Virus record (IMG/VR): IMGVR_UViG_3300031151_000426
Length of the DNA stretch: 64,000 nucleotides
DNA from: a virus
Lineage: Duplodnaviria > Caudoviricetes
Strand: one strand, 5' to 3'
The stretch's first letter is position 1, and every line of letters begins with the position of its first letter. Below the pieces are notes generated by a model. That model had not been told where the DNA came from. It saw only the letters and a list, made by a program, of their open reading frames with translations, and did no database searches. The translations under genes and the position numbers were made by a program. Positions 9,107 through 18,713 of this stretch are shown here, one piece after another.

Positions 9107-12100
9107 TTAAACGCCAAGCAGTCGCCTGCCCTGCCCGTTGGTCTGGAAATCACTCAGCATGTCCTGCCGGGCTTTTTTAGCACCATCGGCAGCTCCCTGA
9201 CGCGCGGCCTCCTGCATGGCACGATTAAGTGCTGCGTCACCGTTACCAGAAACATTGATATGCTGGGTGATATGGATTTCACCACCTCCACCACCAGCAG
9301 CTGTAGTACCGATCATCCTGACGCCAAGAGTACCATTCGGTGTCCTGGTTAGTGGCATCACAGCCTCGGGGCCAGCTTCACCCATCAATCCATCGCCTTT
9401 GGCAAATTTGAACATCGTCGGGCTGGAAATGATCGAATTACTGAAATGGCTAAGATTTGGGGAATCAAAGATGCCGCCTTTGGCAAACTTCAGTCCGCTG
9501 GCCGCGCCGGAATATGCGCCTAATGGTGTACTTCCTGCAGAGGTTGCATCCCCCCCACCAAAAAGACCGCCAAGAGAGCCGAACAGTCCCCCACCTCCTG
9601 CAGACTTCAACGAATTGACCAACATTGCGTTGAGGATAATTTTTTGCATAGAAGCCAGTACCGATTTCGACCAATCCTCCCAGTCAACTTTATTGCCTGA
9701 TAAAGCATCGGAAATATTTCCGATAAGACCTGTCATTGAGTTGTTCACAAGGTCTGCTGTCTGCGAGGAATAATCAGAAGCGGTATCAAACCAGTTTTTA
9801 AATCCCTTCTCGGCGCCTGCAGTCCAGTCAGCCTCAGAAGCAGCGATTGCTTTATATTTTTTGTCCAGCGCATCGAGAGCCGCCGCACGCTGTGCGATTG
9901 CTTCGGTACCGCCGTCAGTTTTGGCAAAAACACGGTCAATCTGCTGCGTTTCATCGAACCGGCTGCGCTGGCGATCGCTCATTCCTCTGGTTTCAGTTGT
10001 CAGAGTAGCCTCGTCCCTGAACTTCCTGGCCGCTTCAGTTAAATCCTTCAGGGCATCAGCCTGTTCGCGCTGCTTGCGCACGTTCTCATCAGCCTTTTGG
10101 GTCCACTTCGCCAGTTCTGTAGACGATGCCTGAATTGCCCTGCGCTGCTCATCCGTCCATTTAGTGCCAGCCTGGTGGGAAGCAGCATAAAGATCGGAGG
10201 CTTTTTCTCCCTCCGTTGCCCGCACGCGCTGCACATCAATAGCCACGCTCAGATCGGCCATCTTACGGGAATACTGCTCAGCGGTGCTGGCCGCTTCGCG
10301 CTCGGCTTTACTCTGCGCATTCGAAGCAGCCGTGGAGGTCTTTTTGGCCTCTGCTGCTGCCGCATCCTTTTTGGCTGCCTGATCCTTGTTGTAGATGTAC
10401 TGGGTGTAAAGAGCCCCCGTCAGCTTCAGATCTTCTGCTTCATAGACGTGCTGCTGATGGAGTTTTTCTAAGCCGCTGAGGCTGGCCAGCTCGTTATCGC
10501 GACGTGATCGCTCAAGCGCGGTTTGCTGCTGAGGTGTTGCGTTCGCCAGAGAGACAACTGGCCCGGAATACTGTGGTGGCTTGGCGCCAGCAGTCGCTGA
10601 CATCGAGCGGTTTAACAGATCATACGCACCTTTCAGGATTGAAACGGCACCAGCCTGCTCAATAGCCTTTTGTGTTGCCTTATCGCTGGCATCGTTAACC
10701 AGCTTCTGCGTTTGCTCAACCTTAGACGCTGCCTGTTCCCGCTTGTACTCCAGTTGGTTCAGCTTGTCGGTAAGTTCAACGTTTTTGGCCGTGATATCGG
10801 CCTGATCCATGAAGGTATTGATTTGAGTCAGCGTCGGATGGCGGTTGTAGTCCTGCTGGATTTGGTCAACCGCCTTAAGGCTGTCTTTCACCTTCGCGAT
10901 CTGAGAGTCGAGGTCGGCCAGGTCCTGTTTTTGCGCCTGTAAAGATGTACGGGCATCAGCCGCGGTCGAACGCAGGCCAAGCACCGACATCTGCTGCAGC
11001 TTACCGTTTATTTCATCCAGATTATTGGCAAAGCCAACCGCCTCCTTGTGCACCTGCTGGGTATGCTGATACAAACCATACATCGCCGCGCCGGCACCAA
11101 TAATTACTCCCGGCCAACCACCAAGAAGACCCAGCACATTCCCCCCCAACCTGGACATCACTGAGGCTGTATTGGTGAGATTATTAAGGGCTGAAGTTCT
11201 TCCGGCTAATGCTTTATCGAGGGAGGCCTGGGTAGCTGCTAGTTTTCGTTCAGCTACAATCTGCTCTTCAATACTGGTCGCTGCCGCTCGTGCTTTCTGC
11301 GCACGGTAAACTGCCTCTCGGCCAATCGCCACGCTAACCTGAGCACCACGAACTTGTGCCTGAGCCAACTCTATCTCTGCTGCAGTATTGGACAACACCG
11401 CCCGGGTGGATTGCGCTATGCTGCCAACCATATTCCCAAAATAACGGGCCAAGCCAACGCCAACCAGAATACCGGCTGTATTTGCCACATCATCGATGTT
11501 ATTCGCCAGACCATCCAGCACGCCGGACAGCGTGGAAGAAGCGCCGATGGCGTCGTTCGCGCCACCAACCCATGCAAGAAAGGCGTTTTGCACTTTCTGG
11601 GCTGAACCGCTGATGGAAGCAGGAAGGGTGTCAAACTCTTTACGGAGTATCTCGACGTTAGTCAGTAATGGGACGATCTTATCTGTGGTCAGCTCGCCAT
11701 TGTTGGCCATGTTTCGCAGACCACCAACAGTGGTGCCCAGCCCATCAGCCAGCAGTTTCGCTAGGCGGCCGCCGTTCTCCATGATGGAGTTAAATTCTTC
11801 ACCTCGCAAAACGCCTGAGCCAAGCGCCTGGCTAAGCTGGGTGATAACGGAGCTCGCTTCTTCGGTGCTGGCGCCAGACAGCTTCAGTGAGGTTGCAACG
11901 GTTTCCGTAACTTTTGCGACGTCAGCAGAAGCGTAACCAGCATCACGCAGGGACTGTGCAATTCGGCTGTAAAGGTTGCTGTTCGCTTCAAGGGATGTTC
12001 CGGTGCGCTGGCTGATCTCCATGAGTACGCGCTGTGATTCCACGTAATCATCGCTGGAAGAAGAAGCTAGGCGAAGGCGTCCATTCAGCTGGTTCCATGT

Positions 12101-12367
12101 ATCGGCAAACGCGATCAGCTGATGCGTGGCAAATGCACCAGCCCACGCACCGGCAAGCCCGGCAGCAGAAGATCGCACGGTTGCAAGTTGAGAGTTCAGG
12201 TCAGCCAAAGAACGCTGGGTTTCACGCGTGGCCGCTGCAGCTTTTTTACCGCCCTGTTCCATAGTGCGGTAGTAATCGGTTCCCATGCGGGACGCCCTGG
12301 CGATCTCAGACTGGAAAGAAGTTGAGTTCGCCGAAATTTTGATGATTAATTCACGCAGGGTCGCCAT
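9107..12367 (-). CDS. Tail tape measure protein
   Basis: 1086 aa, Ala-rich; QLSQALGSGVLRGEEFNSI and MGEAGPEAVMPL motifs. Confidence 0.93.
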   Translation of the reverse strand: MATLRELIIKISANSTSFQSEIARASRMGTDYYRTMEQGGKKAAAATRETQRSLADLNSQLATVRSSAAGLAGAWAGAFATHQLIAFADTWNQLNGRLRLASSSSDDYVESQRVLMEISQRTGTSLEANSNLYSRIAQSLRDAGYASADVAKVTETVATSLKLSGASTEEASSVITQLSQALGSGVLRGEEFNSIMENGGRLAKLLADGLGTTVGGLRNMANNGELTTDKIVPLLTNVEILRKEFDTLPASISGSAQKVQNAFLAWVGGANDAIGASSTLSGVLDGLANNIDDVANTAGILVGVGLARYFGNMVGSIAQSTRAVLSNTAAEIELAQAQVRGAQVSVAIGREAVYRAQKARAAATSIEEQIVAERKLAATQASLDKALAGRTSALNNLTNTASVMSRLGGNVLGLLGGWPGVIIGAGAAMYGLYQHTQQVHKEAVGFANNLDEINGKLQQMSVLGLRSTAADARTSLQAQKQDLADLDSQIAKVKDSLKAVDQIQQDYNRHPTLTQINTFMDQADITAKNVELTDKLNQLEYKREQAASKVEQTQKLVNDASDKATQKAIEQAGAVSILKGAYDLLNRSMSATAGAKPPQYSGPVVSLANATPQQQTALERSRRDNELASLSGLEKLHQQHVYEAEDLKLTGALYTQYIYNKDQAAKKDAAAAEAKKTSTAASNAQSKAEREAASTAEQYSRKMADLSVAIDVQRVRATEGEKASDLYAASHQAGTKWTDEQRRAIQASSTELAKWTQKADENVRKQREQADALKDLTEAARKFRDEATLTTETRGMSDRQRSRFDETQQIDRVFAKTDGGTEAIAQRAAALDALDKKYKAIAASEADWTAGAEKGFKNWFDTASDYSSQTADLVNNSMTGLIGNISDALSGNKVDWEDWSKSVLASMQKIILNAMLVNSLKSAGGGGLFGSLGGLFGGGDATSAGSTPLGAYSGAASGLKFAKGGIFDSPNLSHFSNSIISSPTMFKFAKGDGLMGEAGPEAVMPLTRTPNGTLGVRMIGTTAAGGGGGEIHITQHINVSGNGDAALNRAMQEAARQGAADGAKKARQDMLSDFQTNGQGRRLLGV

Positions 12368-12409
12368 ACGAAGCCTATAAAAAAAAAGCCCCGAAGGGCT
12401 TTATTTATT

Positions 12410-12751
12410 TTACTGGCATATGCTATTGAAATTAGCCTCACCTTTATCATCTTTCTCGTCAATTATTTTGACTGGACTATTATCAACAACTTTACCGTCT
12501 TTAACAGTCAGGTGAACGTAATAATTTCTATTTCCAACATAGCCGCCATATGAGTTTTTTGCATTAACAGTCCCACAGACATATCCAACACCATCGCCAA
12601 ACTGGCGATAGAATGAATTAAATTTAGCGCTCTCTGGATCTTTTAGCGATTGCTTTACTAAAGACTCGCCAAATTTAATCATTTCTTCATCGCTGGGTTT
12701 GCATGCGGTTATAAATAAAGACAAACAAATAACAAAAAGATACTTAAACAT
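12410..12751 (-). CDS. Lipoprotein moron
   Basis: Lipobox FITA-C; YVCGTVNAKNSYGGYVG motif; AT-rich; followed by a terminator at about 12378-12405. Confidence 0.75.
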   Translation of the reverse strand: MFKYLFVICLSLFITACKPSDEEMIKFGESLVKQSLKDPESAKFNSFYRQFGDGVGYVCGTVNAKNSYGGYVGNRNYYVHLTVKDGKVVDNSPVKIIDEKDDKGEANFNSICQ

Positions 12752-12823
12752 TTTCTAAATTCCCTATGAGCTTAAAAAATCACTCATAGGGTAGCGCATG
12801 AAAATGAAAAATGGCAGATTAAG

Positions 12824-13087
12824 TTACAATCCAGACATCCATTCCTCCAGCTTGCTGATCTCCCTGTCTTCTTCCTGCTCACCCCATTTCAGCATCACGT
12901 CAGGGATAGTGAATTTCCCGCCCTGAGAGTTCAGCATTGCAACGGAGATCTGTGCCGCCTGAGCATCAGCGCGCCAGTCGCCAATCGGACTAATGCGGTC
13001 GAACTCGATCCACATTTTGAGCTCGCTGGCGGTCATGGTCTGGCGCAGTTCGTGGAGAGTGCGCCCCAACCGGAGAGCCAGCGACAT
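12824..13087 (-). CDS. Tail assembly chaperone T part (C-terminus of the G-T frameshift product)
   Basis: LALRLGRTLHEL motif; this frame is open back to the GGGAAAG slippery site at 13117-13123. Confidence 0.8.
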   Translation of the reverse strand: MSLALRLGRTLHELRQTMTASELKMWIEFDRISPIGDWRADAQAAQISVAMLNSQGGKFTIPDVMLKWGEQEEDREISKLEEWMSGL

Positions 13088-13110
13088 CAGGAAGAAGGTC
13101 AGCGGCTGCT

Positions 13111-13512
13111 TTACGGCTTTCCCGCTTCTTCTTGGCTCATTCCGAGGTTGAGGGCCTGAGCCAGCAGGCGGGAGTGCACAGGACCATAAATTTTAGATAC
13201 CTGCTCCTGATCCTCATCGCTGAATACTCGCTCGCCGTTTTCATCCAGCAGAACGTCAATAAACAGAACCACATCAGCCTCTTTGTTACGCAGAAACTTT
13301 TCCGCCTCCGTCAGAGTCGGTGCCTCTTCGCCCTCGGCGAGCTGGGGATTAACGATCTCCCGGAATTTCACCCAGGCATCGCCAGAGGGTTCACGCAGCG
13401 TTACCTTTGCGCCATCCCATTCAGGGACCGTGATACCTTCTTTGGTGCGATAGGCTTTCGATGCTGTAAGCGCCACGTTGCGTAATGAATTCTGTGATGT
13501 TTTTTGCGGCAT
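13111..13512 (-). CDS. Tail assembly chaperone G
   Basis: 133 aa; VPEWDGAKVTLREPS motif; ends at the GGGAAAG site. Confidence 0.85.
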   Translation of the reverse strand: MPQKTSQNSLRNVALTASKAYRTKEGITVPEWDGAKVTLREPSGDAWVKFREIVNPQLAEGEEAPTLTEAEKFLRNKEADVVLFIDVLLDENGERVFSDEDQEQVSKIYGPVHSRLLAQALNLGMSQEEAGKP

Positions 13513-13566
13513 TTCATTTTTCTCTTGTTACATGATCGGAGGGATAAAAAAAGCGGCCGAAGCCGC

Positions 13567-14037
13567 TCAGGAACCAGACGCGTAGATGCGTTTAGGTTTG
13601 CCGCGTACACGCAGAGAATAGGTAGCGCCAACAACGGAAGAGGTTGCAGCAGACCATGAGCTCTGGCGTACCTCCACCAGCACGTAGAAACCGTTGCCAG
13701 ACGGGAATACCACGCGCAGCGCGCGCAGTTCGTCATTTTCGTAAGCGGTCTGTAGTGCCTCCTGTGCTGCTTCATCGCCAACCCAGTTACGGGTAATGCT
13801 CATTTCAGCAGGCGCGGCGAGGCCGTTGGTTTGCTCCTGTTCAGTTGAGCACAGCGTGGTTACGTCGATATCCCCTTTCTGTCCGCCGGTGAAGGTGATC
13901 TCCTTTGTTGCACAGGCTGCTTCCAGCCAGGTAACACCAGCCCCCGGGAAACCTGAGGCGTTAAAATCCTCGGCGGTTACGGGTGCGTCGGAGACGGCAA
14001 AGGTCATCCCCTTTGTGACTTCATACTTACTGGTCAT
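13567..14037 (-). CDS. Major tail (tube) protein
   Basis: 156 aa; GGQKGDIDVTTLCS motif; flanked by terminators; ends YASGS. Confidence 0.88.
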   Translation of the reverse strand: MTSKYEVTKGMTFAVSDAPVTAEDFNASGFPGAGVTWLEAACATKEITFTGGQKGDIDVTTLCSTEQEQTNGLAAPAEMSITRNWVGDEAAQEALQTAYENDELRALRVVFPSGNGFYVLVEVRQSSWSAATSSVVGATYSLRVRGKPKRIYASGS

Positions 14038-14091
14038 GGTTTCTCCAGTTAAAAAAAAGACCGCCGGAGCGGTCTGTTATGGTGGGTAAGG

Positions 14092-14439
14092 TTAAACGGT
14101 TACCTGAAATTCGAGCGTTGCCCGGTGATAGCGCAGATCAGGCTCATAGCCCGGCGTTTTCACAATGCTTTCCGGCTTCAGCACCTGCAGAGCATCAAGC
14201 GCCATATTCCTGATCGTGCGCGCTTCAGTGATGGTGCTGGAATAGACATCAACCTGCACAGAAACGGCAGATTCAGCCTGACCGCAAAGAACGTCTGCGG
14301 CCACGTCGGTAATAATCGAGAATATTACCCAGGGCGGAGAGACTGAAGGCTTCCCGTCACTGTCGAGCGGCGCAACGTAGGGATAAACCTGCCCTCCGGC
14401 CAGCGGTTCCAGCAGAGGATAGAGATCGTCTTCCGTCAT
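14092..14439 (-). CDS. Tail terminator (DUF3168/gp17-like)
   Basis: 115 aa; VYPYVAP and VQVDVY motifs; position in the operon. Confidence 0.8.
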   Translation of the reverse strand: MTEDDLYPLLEPLAGGQVYPYVAPLDSDGKPSVSPPWVIFSIITDVAADVLCGQAESAVSVQVDVYSSTITEARTIRNMALDALQVLKPESIVKTPGYEPDLRYHRATLEFQVTV

Positions 14440-14885
14440 TTGCTTAATGCCTCGTCAATGGCCTGGTTCATGCGCCTGATCGCAACCTCTGTCGCCTGCT
14501 CCTGGCGAACATCGAACGCGGGACGAATGAAAGGGTGCGGTGGCATGTTAACGGTTCCCATTTCTACGAATCGCCAGTAAAACGCATTACGCGGATCGCT
14601 GGCTTTCATGGTGTTGTCGCTATTACCGGTTCGCATGTTGCGGCCACGGATGTGAATACCAGAAGAAATTTCCCCGCGGCGGCGGCTTTTTTGGGTCACC
14701 ACCACCACGTTTTTTTTCAGTTTCCCGGTACGCACCGGCGCGCGGGCGATCACTTCTTCCTTAAGCACTTCGGCGCCAGCGCGCGTGGCGTCACGCAGAA
14801 CCTTGTTGTTTTCAGCGCGGCTAAGCGCCTCCAGATCCTTTGCGATGTCATTTAACCCGGAAAAATCGAGGCTCGTCTCAATCAT
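14436..14885 (-). CDS. HK97 gp10-family neck/tail protein
   Basis: APVRTGKLKKN and FYWRFVEMGT...HPFIRPA motifs. Confidence 0.88.
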   Translation of the reverse strand: MIETSLDFSGLNDIAKDLEALSRAENNKVLRDATRAGAEVLKEEVIARAPVRTGKLKKNVVVVTQKSRRRGEISSGIHIRGRNMRTGNSDNTMKASDPRNAFYWRFVEMGTVNMPPHPFIRPAFDVRQEQATEVAIRRMNQAIDEALSK

Positions 14886-15220
14886 TTTTCAACTCCCGTT
14901 TTGCAAAGAATTTCCAGGCGAGTGCCGGTCGCATTTGCTACAGGAGGACCGATGATATTTAGCACCTGACCTTTATACGGGCCGCTGAGGACTTCCAGAC
15001 GAGAAGAGGCATTCAGCTCTGACCTGAAGCGCATCCAGACCCGAATGGTTGCCTGCGCCGTTTCCGCGCCGCCTGACATCTGCTCTCTGCCGCTGATCCC
15101 CTTTACCTCAGCCGGGACCGGGTTGCCACCTGTCCACGATTCAACCGGCTGACCAGATGGATCGCGCGAAGTCGTGAAGGTGAGAATTTTTACCCGGTGC
15201 CTGAATCGTCCAGGTTCCAT
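14882..15220 (-). CDS. Head-tail adaptor / head closure protein
   Basis: GRFRHRV and ISGRE motifs; position in the operon. Confidence 0.85.
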   Translation of the reverse strand: MEPGRFRHRVKILTFTTSRDPSGQPVESWTGGNPVPAEVKGISGREQMSGGAETAQATIRVWMRFRSELNASSRLEVLSGPYKGQVLNIIGPPVANATGTRLEILCKTGVEK

Positions 15221-15546
15221 CAGGAGCCCTCCTCAGGTTCAGATTTACCGCGCCAGTTGCGATGGATTAACATCATCCGTTCTGCGGCGGCGTTCTCATA
15301 AAGCTGTACTTCACTCTGCGCGGTCCTGTGCTCGAACATGTCCGCAAACACCAGCAGTACGGCGCCCTTCACTGCTGCAGGAATGTCAGTTGCCGCTTTC
15401 CATGCCGGTTCATCACACCACCGGTAGCAGTAGTCAAAGGCTGCCTGTGCGTACAGCGTGATCAGCTCGTCCCTGTCATCCTCCTCAAACTCAATCTGCT
15501 GTTTGAAAAGGGGGAGGCTAATTACATCCAAAACATCTATCGCCAT
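15220..15546 (-). CDS. Head-tail connector (HK97 gp6-like)
   Basis: 108 aa MAIDVLDVISL...PAAVKGAVLLVFADMFEHR. Confidence 0.88.
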   Translation of the reverse strand: MAIDVLDVISLPLFKQQIEFEEDDRDELITLYAQAAFDYCYRWCDEPAWKAATDIPAAVKGAVLLVFADMFEHRTAQSEVQLYENAAAERMMLIHRNWRGKSEPEEGS

Positions 15547-15580
15547 ACGTTAAAAGGGCGGGTTACCCCGCCCTCCTCCA

Positions 15581-16738
15581 TCATGAGCCAGAAGAGAAAG
15601 TGCCCTTGATGATTGCCGTCGGGCGATAGTGCGCCAGCGCAAGGCGTTCTTCACACAGGATGGTCAGCATGTTTTTCACGAAGTTATCGCGGTCTTCACG
15701 GCTGACTTCCACGGTGGCATCCATGCGATCCCACACCTGTGAGGCCATATCGAAACCGCCCACCGTAAAGGTACCGGCGGCCTGTGCCTTAGTCGGGACT
15801 ACTGGCAGACCCCACATGATGTTGCTGGTAAACGCCTGAGGACCGCCGAAGATATAGCGGCCTTCATTGTCTTTCAGCAGCGCAATGTTGTGCCAGTCGC
15901 GCGGGTTCAGGACGATACCGGAAGCGCTAAACTCAGATTCGGTCACCTGATAAATAGCGTGAGCGATAATGTCAGCACGGGTGTCGCCGGTGGCATTCAG
16001 CGAGGTGTCGTAGGCGGTTGCCACTTTGTTCAGACCTTCCAGGTTATCCCCGGTGCCGTCTCCGTTCAGAAGCTGGCCTTCTTCCTTCAGTGCCAGGCCG
16101 TACATGAGGCGATTGTTAACGTAGGACTGCAGCATCGGCGCATCGTCCATCACCTGACGTGATGCCTGCACCCAGTGCGCGATGGTCTTCACGTTCGCGG
16201 TCTGTTTGCTGAAGGTGATATCCGATTCTGGCTTAAGCGCTTTCTCCGCCACCACGTCGGCGTTATTGGTAAACACCTCTTCACGCACGTATTCGAGAGC
16301 GTTGCTGGAAATTCGGCCCTGAGCCAGCAGGTCACGGATAGTCAGACGGCGCAGACCAGGCATGATGATGCCAGGCATCTGCATCGGCTGGATCAGTGAG
16401 CCAGCAGAATCAGCGTCACTGCCGAGAGACTTGTTAAACGTCTTCGCGTCGAAGGTGCCCTGTTTGCCGTCCCATGACTTGATGAGCTCTTCAGCAGCAC
16501 GTTCAGAGAAGGATTTCTTCTCACCCGGATTTTCAGCACCGGAAGCCAGTTTCTGTTCCAGATCGAAAAGACGCGTACCGGATTTGGTCAGTTCTTCCTG
16601 CACTTTGGCCAGGTCGGACTGCAGCTGTTTGGAAACCTGGCCCGTGCTTTCGATTTCAGCTTTCTGCGCATCGAACAGCTGGGTCATTTTCTGCTGGGAT
16701 TCTTCGATTGCTTTTTGAATGAGAGCGAGTTCAGACAT
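15581..16738 (-). CDS. Major capsid protein, very close to HK97 gp5
   Basis: 385 aa MSELALIQKAIEESQQ...; delta-domain junction FNK/SLGSD; cross-link residues in AEKALK and FVKNMLTILCEER; ends GTFSSGS. Confidence 0.96.
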   Translation of the reverse strand: MSELALIQKAIEESQQKMTQLFDAQKAEIESTGQVSKQLQSDLAKVQEELTKSGTRLFDLEQKLASGAENPGEKKSFSERAAEELIKSWDGKQGTFDAKTFNKSLGSDADSAGSLIQPMQMPGIIMPGLRRLTIRDLLAQGRISSNALEYVREEVFTNNADVVAEKALKPESDITFSKQTANVKTIAHWVQASRQVMDDAPMLQSYVNNRLMYGLALKEEGQLLNGDGTGDNLEGLNKVATAYDTSLNATGDTRADIIAHAIYQVTESEFSASGIVLNPRDWHNIALLKDNEGRYIFGGPQAFTSNIMWGLPVVPTKAQAAGTFTVGGFDMASQVWDRMDATVEVSREDRDNFVKNMLTILCEERLALAHYRPTAIIKGTFSSGS

Positions 16739-16740
16739 AA

Positions 16741-17418
16741 TTAATTACCTAAATTGGAAGGGAAAGATTTAATGCTCTGAAGCAGAGCGTTGATTTGTGC
16801 TTCGTTTCCGTCGCCCTCGGACTCGCTCCGAATCGCTGACTTAAACCGGGCTATTAACCCAACTGCCTGTGATTTGGTGAGCCCGACTGAATCCCTCAGC
16901 CAGTTCTCCACATCACGAATCGTTTCAATGCCATCGACACTTTTCATGGCTGCGATGCCAGCCTGTTCATTGGCGGGGAAAGTGCAGACGCTGATTTCGC
17001 GCAGAGCCTGGATATTCTTAAAAATGCGGCCTGTTGGAATGATGGTGTAATCGTCTTTCGCAACGGAAAAGCCAACCGACATACCTTCAACCGTACCGTG
17101 CTGCATTGCCGCTTTCAGGTCGGCGGCGCCGCTGTGCCCTGGCGTAAGTTGACCGCGCACATAAAGGCCTTTTTCGTCTTCGGCCAGGCTGTCCCATTTA
17201 CCAACCGGCAGCTCCCACGTCTTGTGGTTAAAAAACATCGCCACTTTGCGGGTCTGGTTCGCCAGTGCGTTTTTAAACGCCCCGGGCAGAATGATGTCGC
17301 CATCGGAATCGGTGTTGTTAAAAACAGAGGCGTAGCCTTCAAAAATCCCCTGTTTACCGTCACCGGTGAATTTGATTTCTGTCTCGTCGAAGGACAGCGT
17401 TTTTACGATCTCAGGCAT
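16741..17418 (-). CDS. HK97-family prohead protease
   Basis: FEGYASVF, MFFNH, GMSVGF and EISVCTFPANE motifs. Confidence 0.92.
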   Translation of the reverse strand: MPEIVKTLSFDETEIKFTGDGKQGIFEGYASVFNNTDSDGDIILPGAFKNALANQTRKVAMFFNHKTWELPVGKWDSLAEDEKGLYVRGQLTPGHSGAADLKAAMQHGTVEGMSVGFSVAKDDYTIIPTGRIFKNIQALREISVCTFPANEQAGIAAMKSVDGIETIRDVENWLRDSVGLTKSQAVGLIARFKSAIRSESEGDGNEAQINALLQSIKSFPSNLGN

Positions 17419-17435
17419 TACGGCCCCCATAAAAA

Positions 17436-18713
17436 TTAAGCCCCGTTATCACGGGGCTCTTTGTTGGTTCCTAAATCGGTGATCGGCACGTATTGCGACT
17501 GGCGCATTGCCACATCGCCACCCGGCAATGGCGGGAGGTTGTCCGTTCGTCGCATCTCGTTGATAGTGCGTAGCCCTGCCTCTCCCATTGCCTTCATAAA
17601 TGCAGCGCGGGATGCCGAATCGCCCCTCAGCAGGCCGTCGAGGTTGTGCTCAGCATGAATTCGGCCAACATCCTTAGCAGGAATAAGCCACCGCTGAATG
17701 CTGTTTTCCCAACGGGAGATATAGGGCTGCAGGGTGTACTGCAGGAAGCCGAGATTCTGCTGCTCGATGCCCGATCCCCAGCTCGTTGATTTCTCGACGT
17801 CGCCTACAAGGTGAGGCGGTACGCCAAAGAATCGCGCCAGTTCACTTACCTGAAATTTTCGGGACGCCATCATTTCGGCATCCTGCGGCGTTACGCCAAT
17901 TGCCGATGTGGAAAAGCCCGCTTCCAGAATCCAGAGGCGTTTTTTAACCGGACCGCCGGCGATCTCTTTGAAGTTCTCTTCGACCTGCGAGCGCTGCTGT
18001 TCAGTCAGCACCTTTTCGCCGGTGGAGAGGATTTGCGGAGACTTGGCGCCGTTGGCAAAGAAATCTCGCTGCTGGTCCTCCATCGCAACTGCCACACCTG
18101 CCGATTTACAGGCAAAAGCAATTGGTGACAGGCCGACCAGCCCGGTGAATCCGAAGCCTTTAAGGTGAAAAATCTCTCTCTGCGAAAAGTCGGCGTATTC
18201 GCTGTCGCGTTGATAGCGATAAACCACTTTTTTTCCGACGAGTTTCACATCCATATTGGCAGACTGAAGCGGGAGAAGGCTGATCACGTCACCCGCGCTG
18301 TTGCGGTCCACCAGTGCATACGCGTTACCGTAGAAACAGAGCTGCATCGTCATGGCCTCCCTGAATTCCTGGGCTGTCATGTACTGATTCGGTGAGTAGC
18401 GCAGCAATCGCGCCAGCGGATTGCTCAAACCCACTTTTTTGCGGTTGTCATTCTGGTCGGTTTCGAAGACATCAAGCGGTAAGCATGCCGTGAGCGTTGA
18501 AATCAGGCTCACGCAGCGCCAAACCGTCGAAATTTGCAGTATCCGTTCATCGTTAATGGATGAATCGCCCAGGTGTCCGTGGGCCGAGACAGGCCCCGTC
18601 TGTGAGCCCTGATTTGGGGTGACTAAACGCCCGCCGACAAACCAGGACTGCAGCCTTGCCCACCAGCCGTTATTGGTTCGCAGGTCAATCGTGTATTTAG
18701 GTTCTTCCATCAC
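17436..18713 (-). CDS. HK97-family portal protein
   Basis: 425 aa; GNAY, GLSPI and ARFFGVPPHLVG motifs. Confidence 0.94.
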   Translation of the reverse strand: MMEEPKYTIDLRTNNGWWARLQSWFVGGRLVTPNQGSQTGPVSAHGHLGDSSINDERILQISTVWRCVSLISTLTACLPLDVFETDQNDNRKKVGLSNPLARLLRYSPNQYMTAQEFREAMTMQLCFYGNAYALVDRNSAGDVISLLPLQSANMDVKLVGKKVVYRYQRDSEYADFSQREIFHLKGFGFTGLVGLSPIAFACKSAGVAVAMEDQQRDFFANGAKSPQILSTGEKVLTEQQRSQVEENFKEIAGGPVKKRLWILEAGFSTSAIGVTPQDAEMMASRKFQVSELARFFGVPPHLVGDVEKSTSWGSGIEQQNLGFLQYTLQPYISRWENSIQRWLIPAKDVGRIHAEHNLDGLLRGDSASRAAFMKAMGEAGLRTINEMRRTDNLPPLPGGDVAMRQSQYVPITDLGTNKEPRDNGA

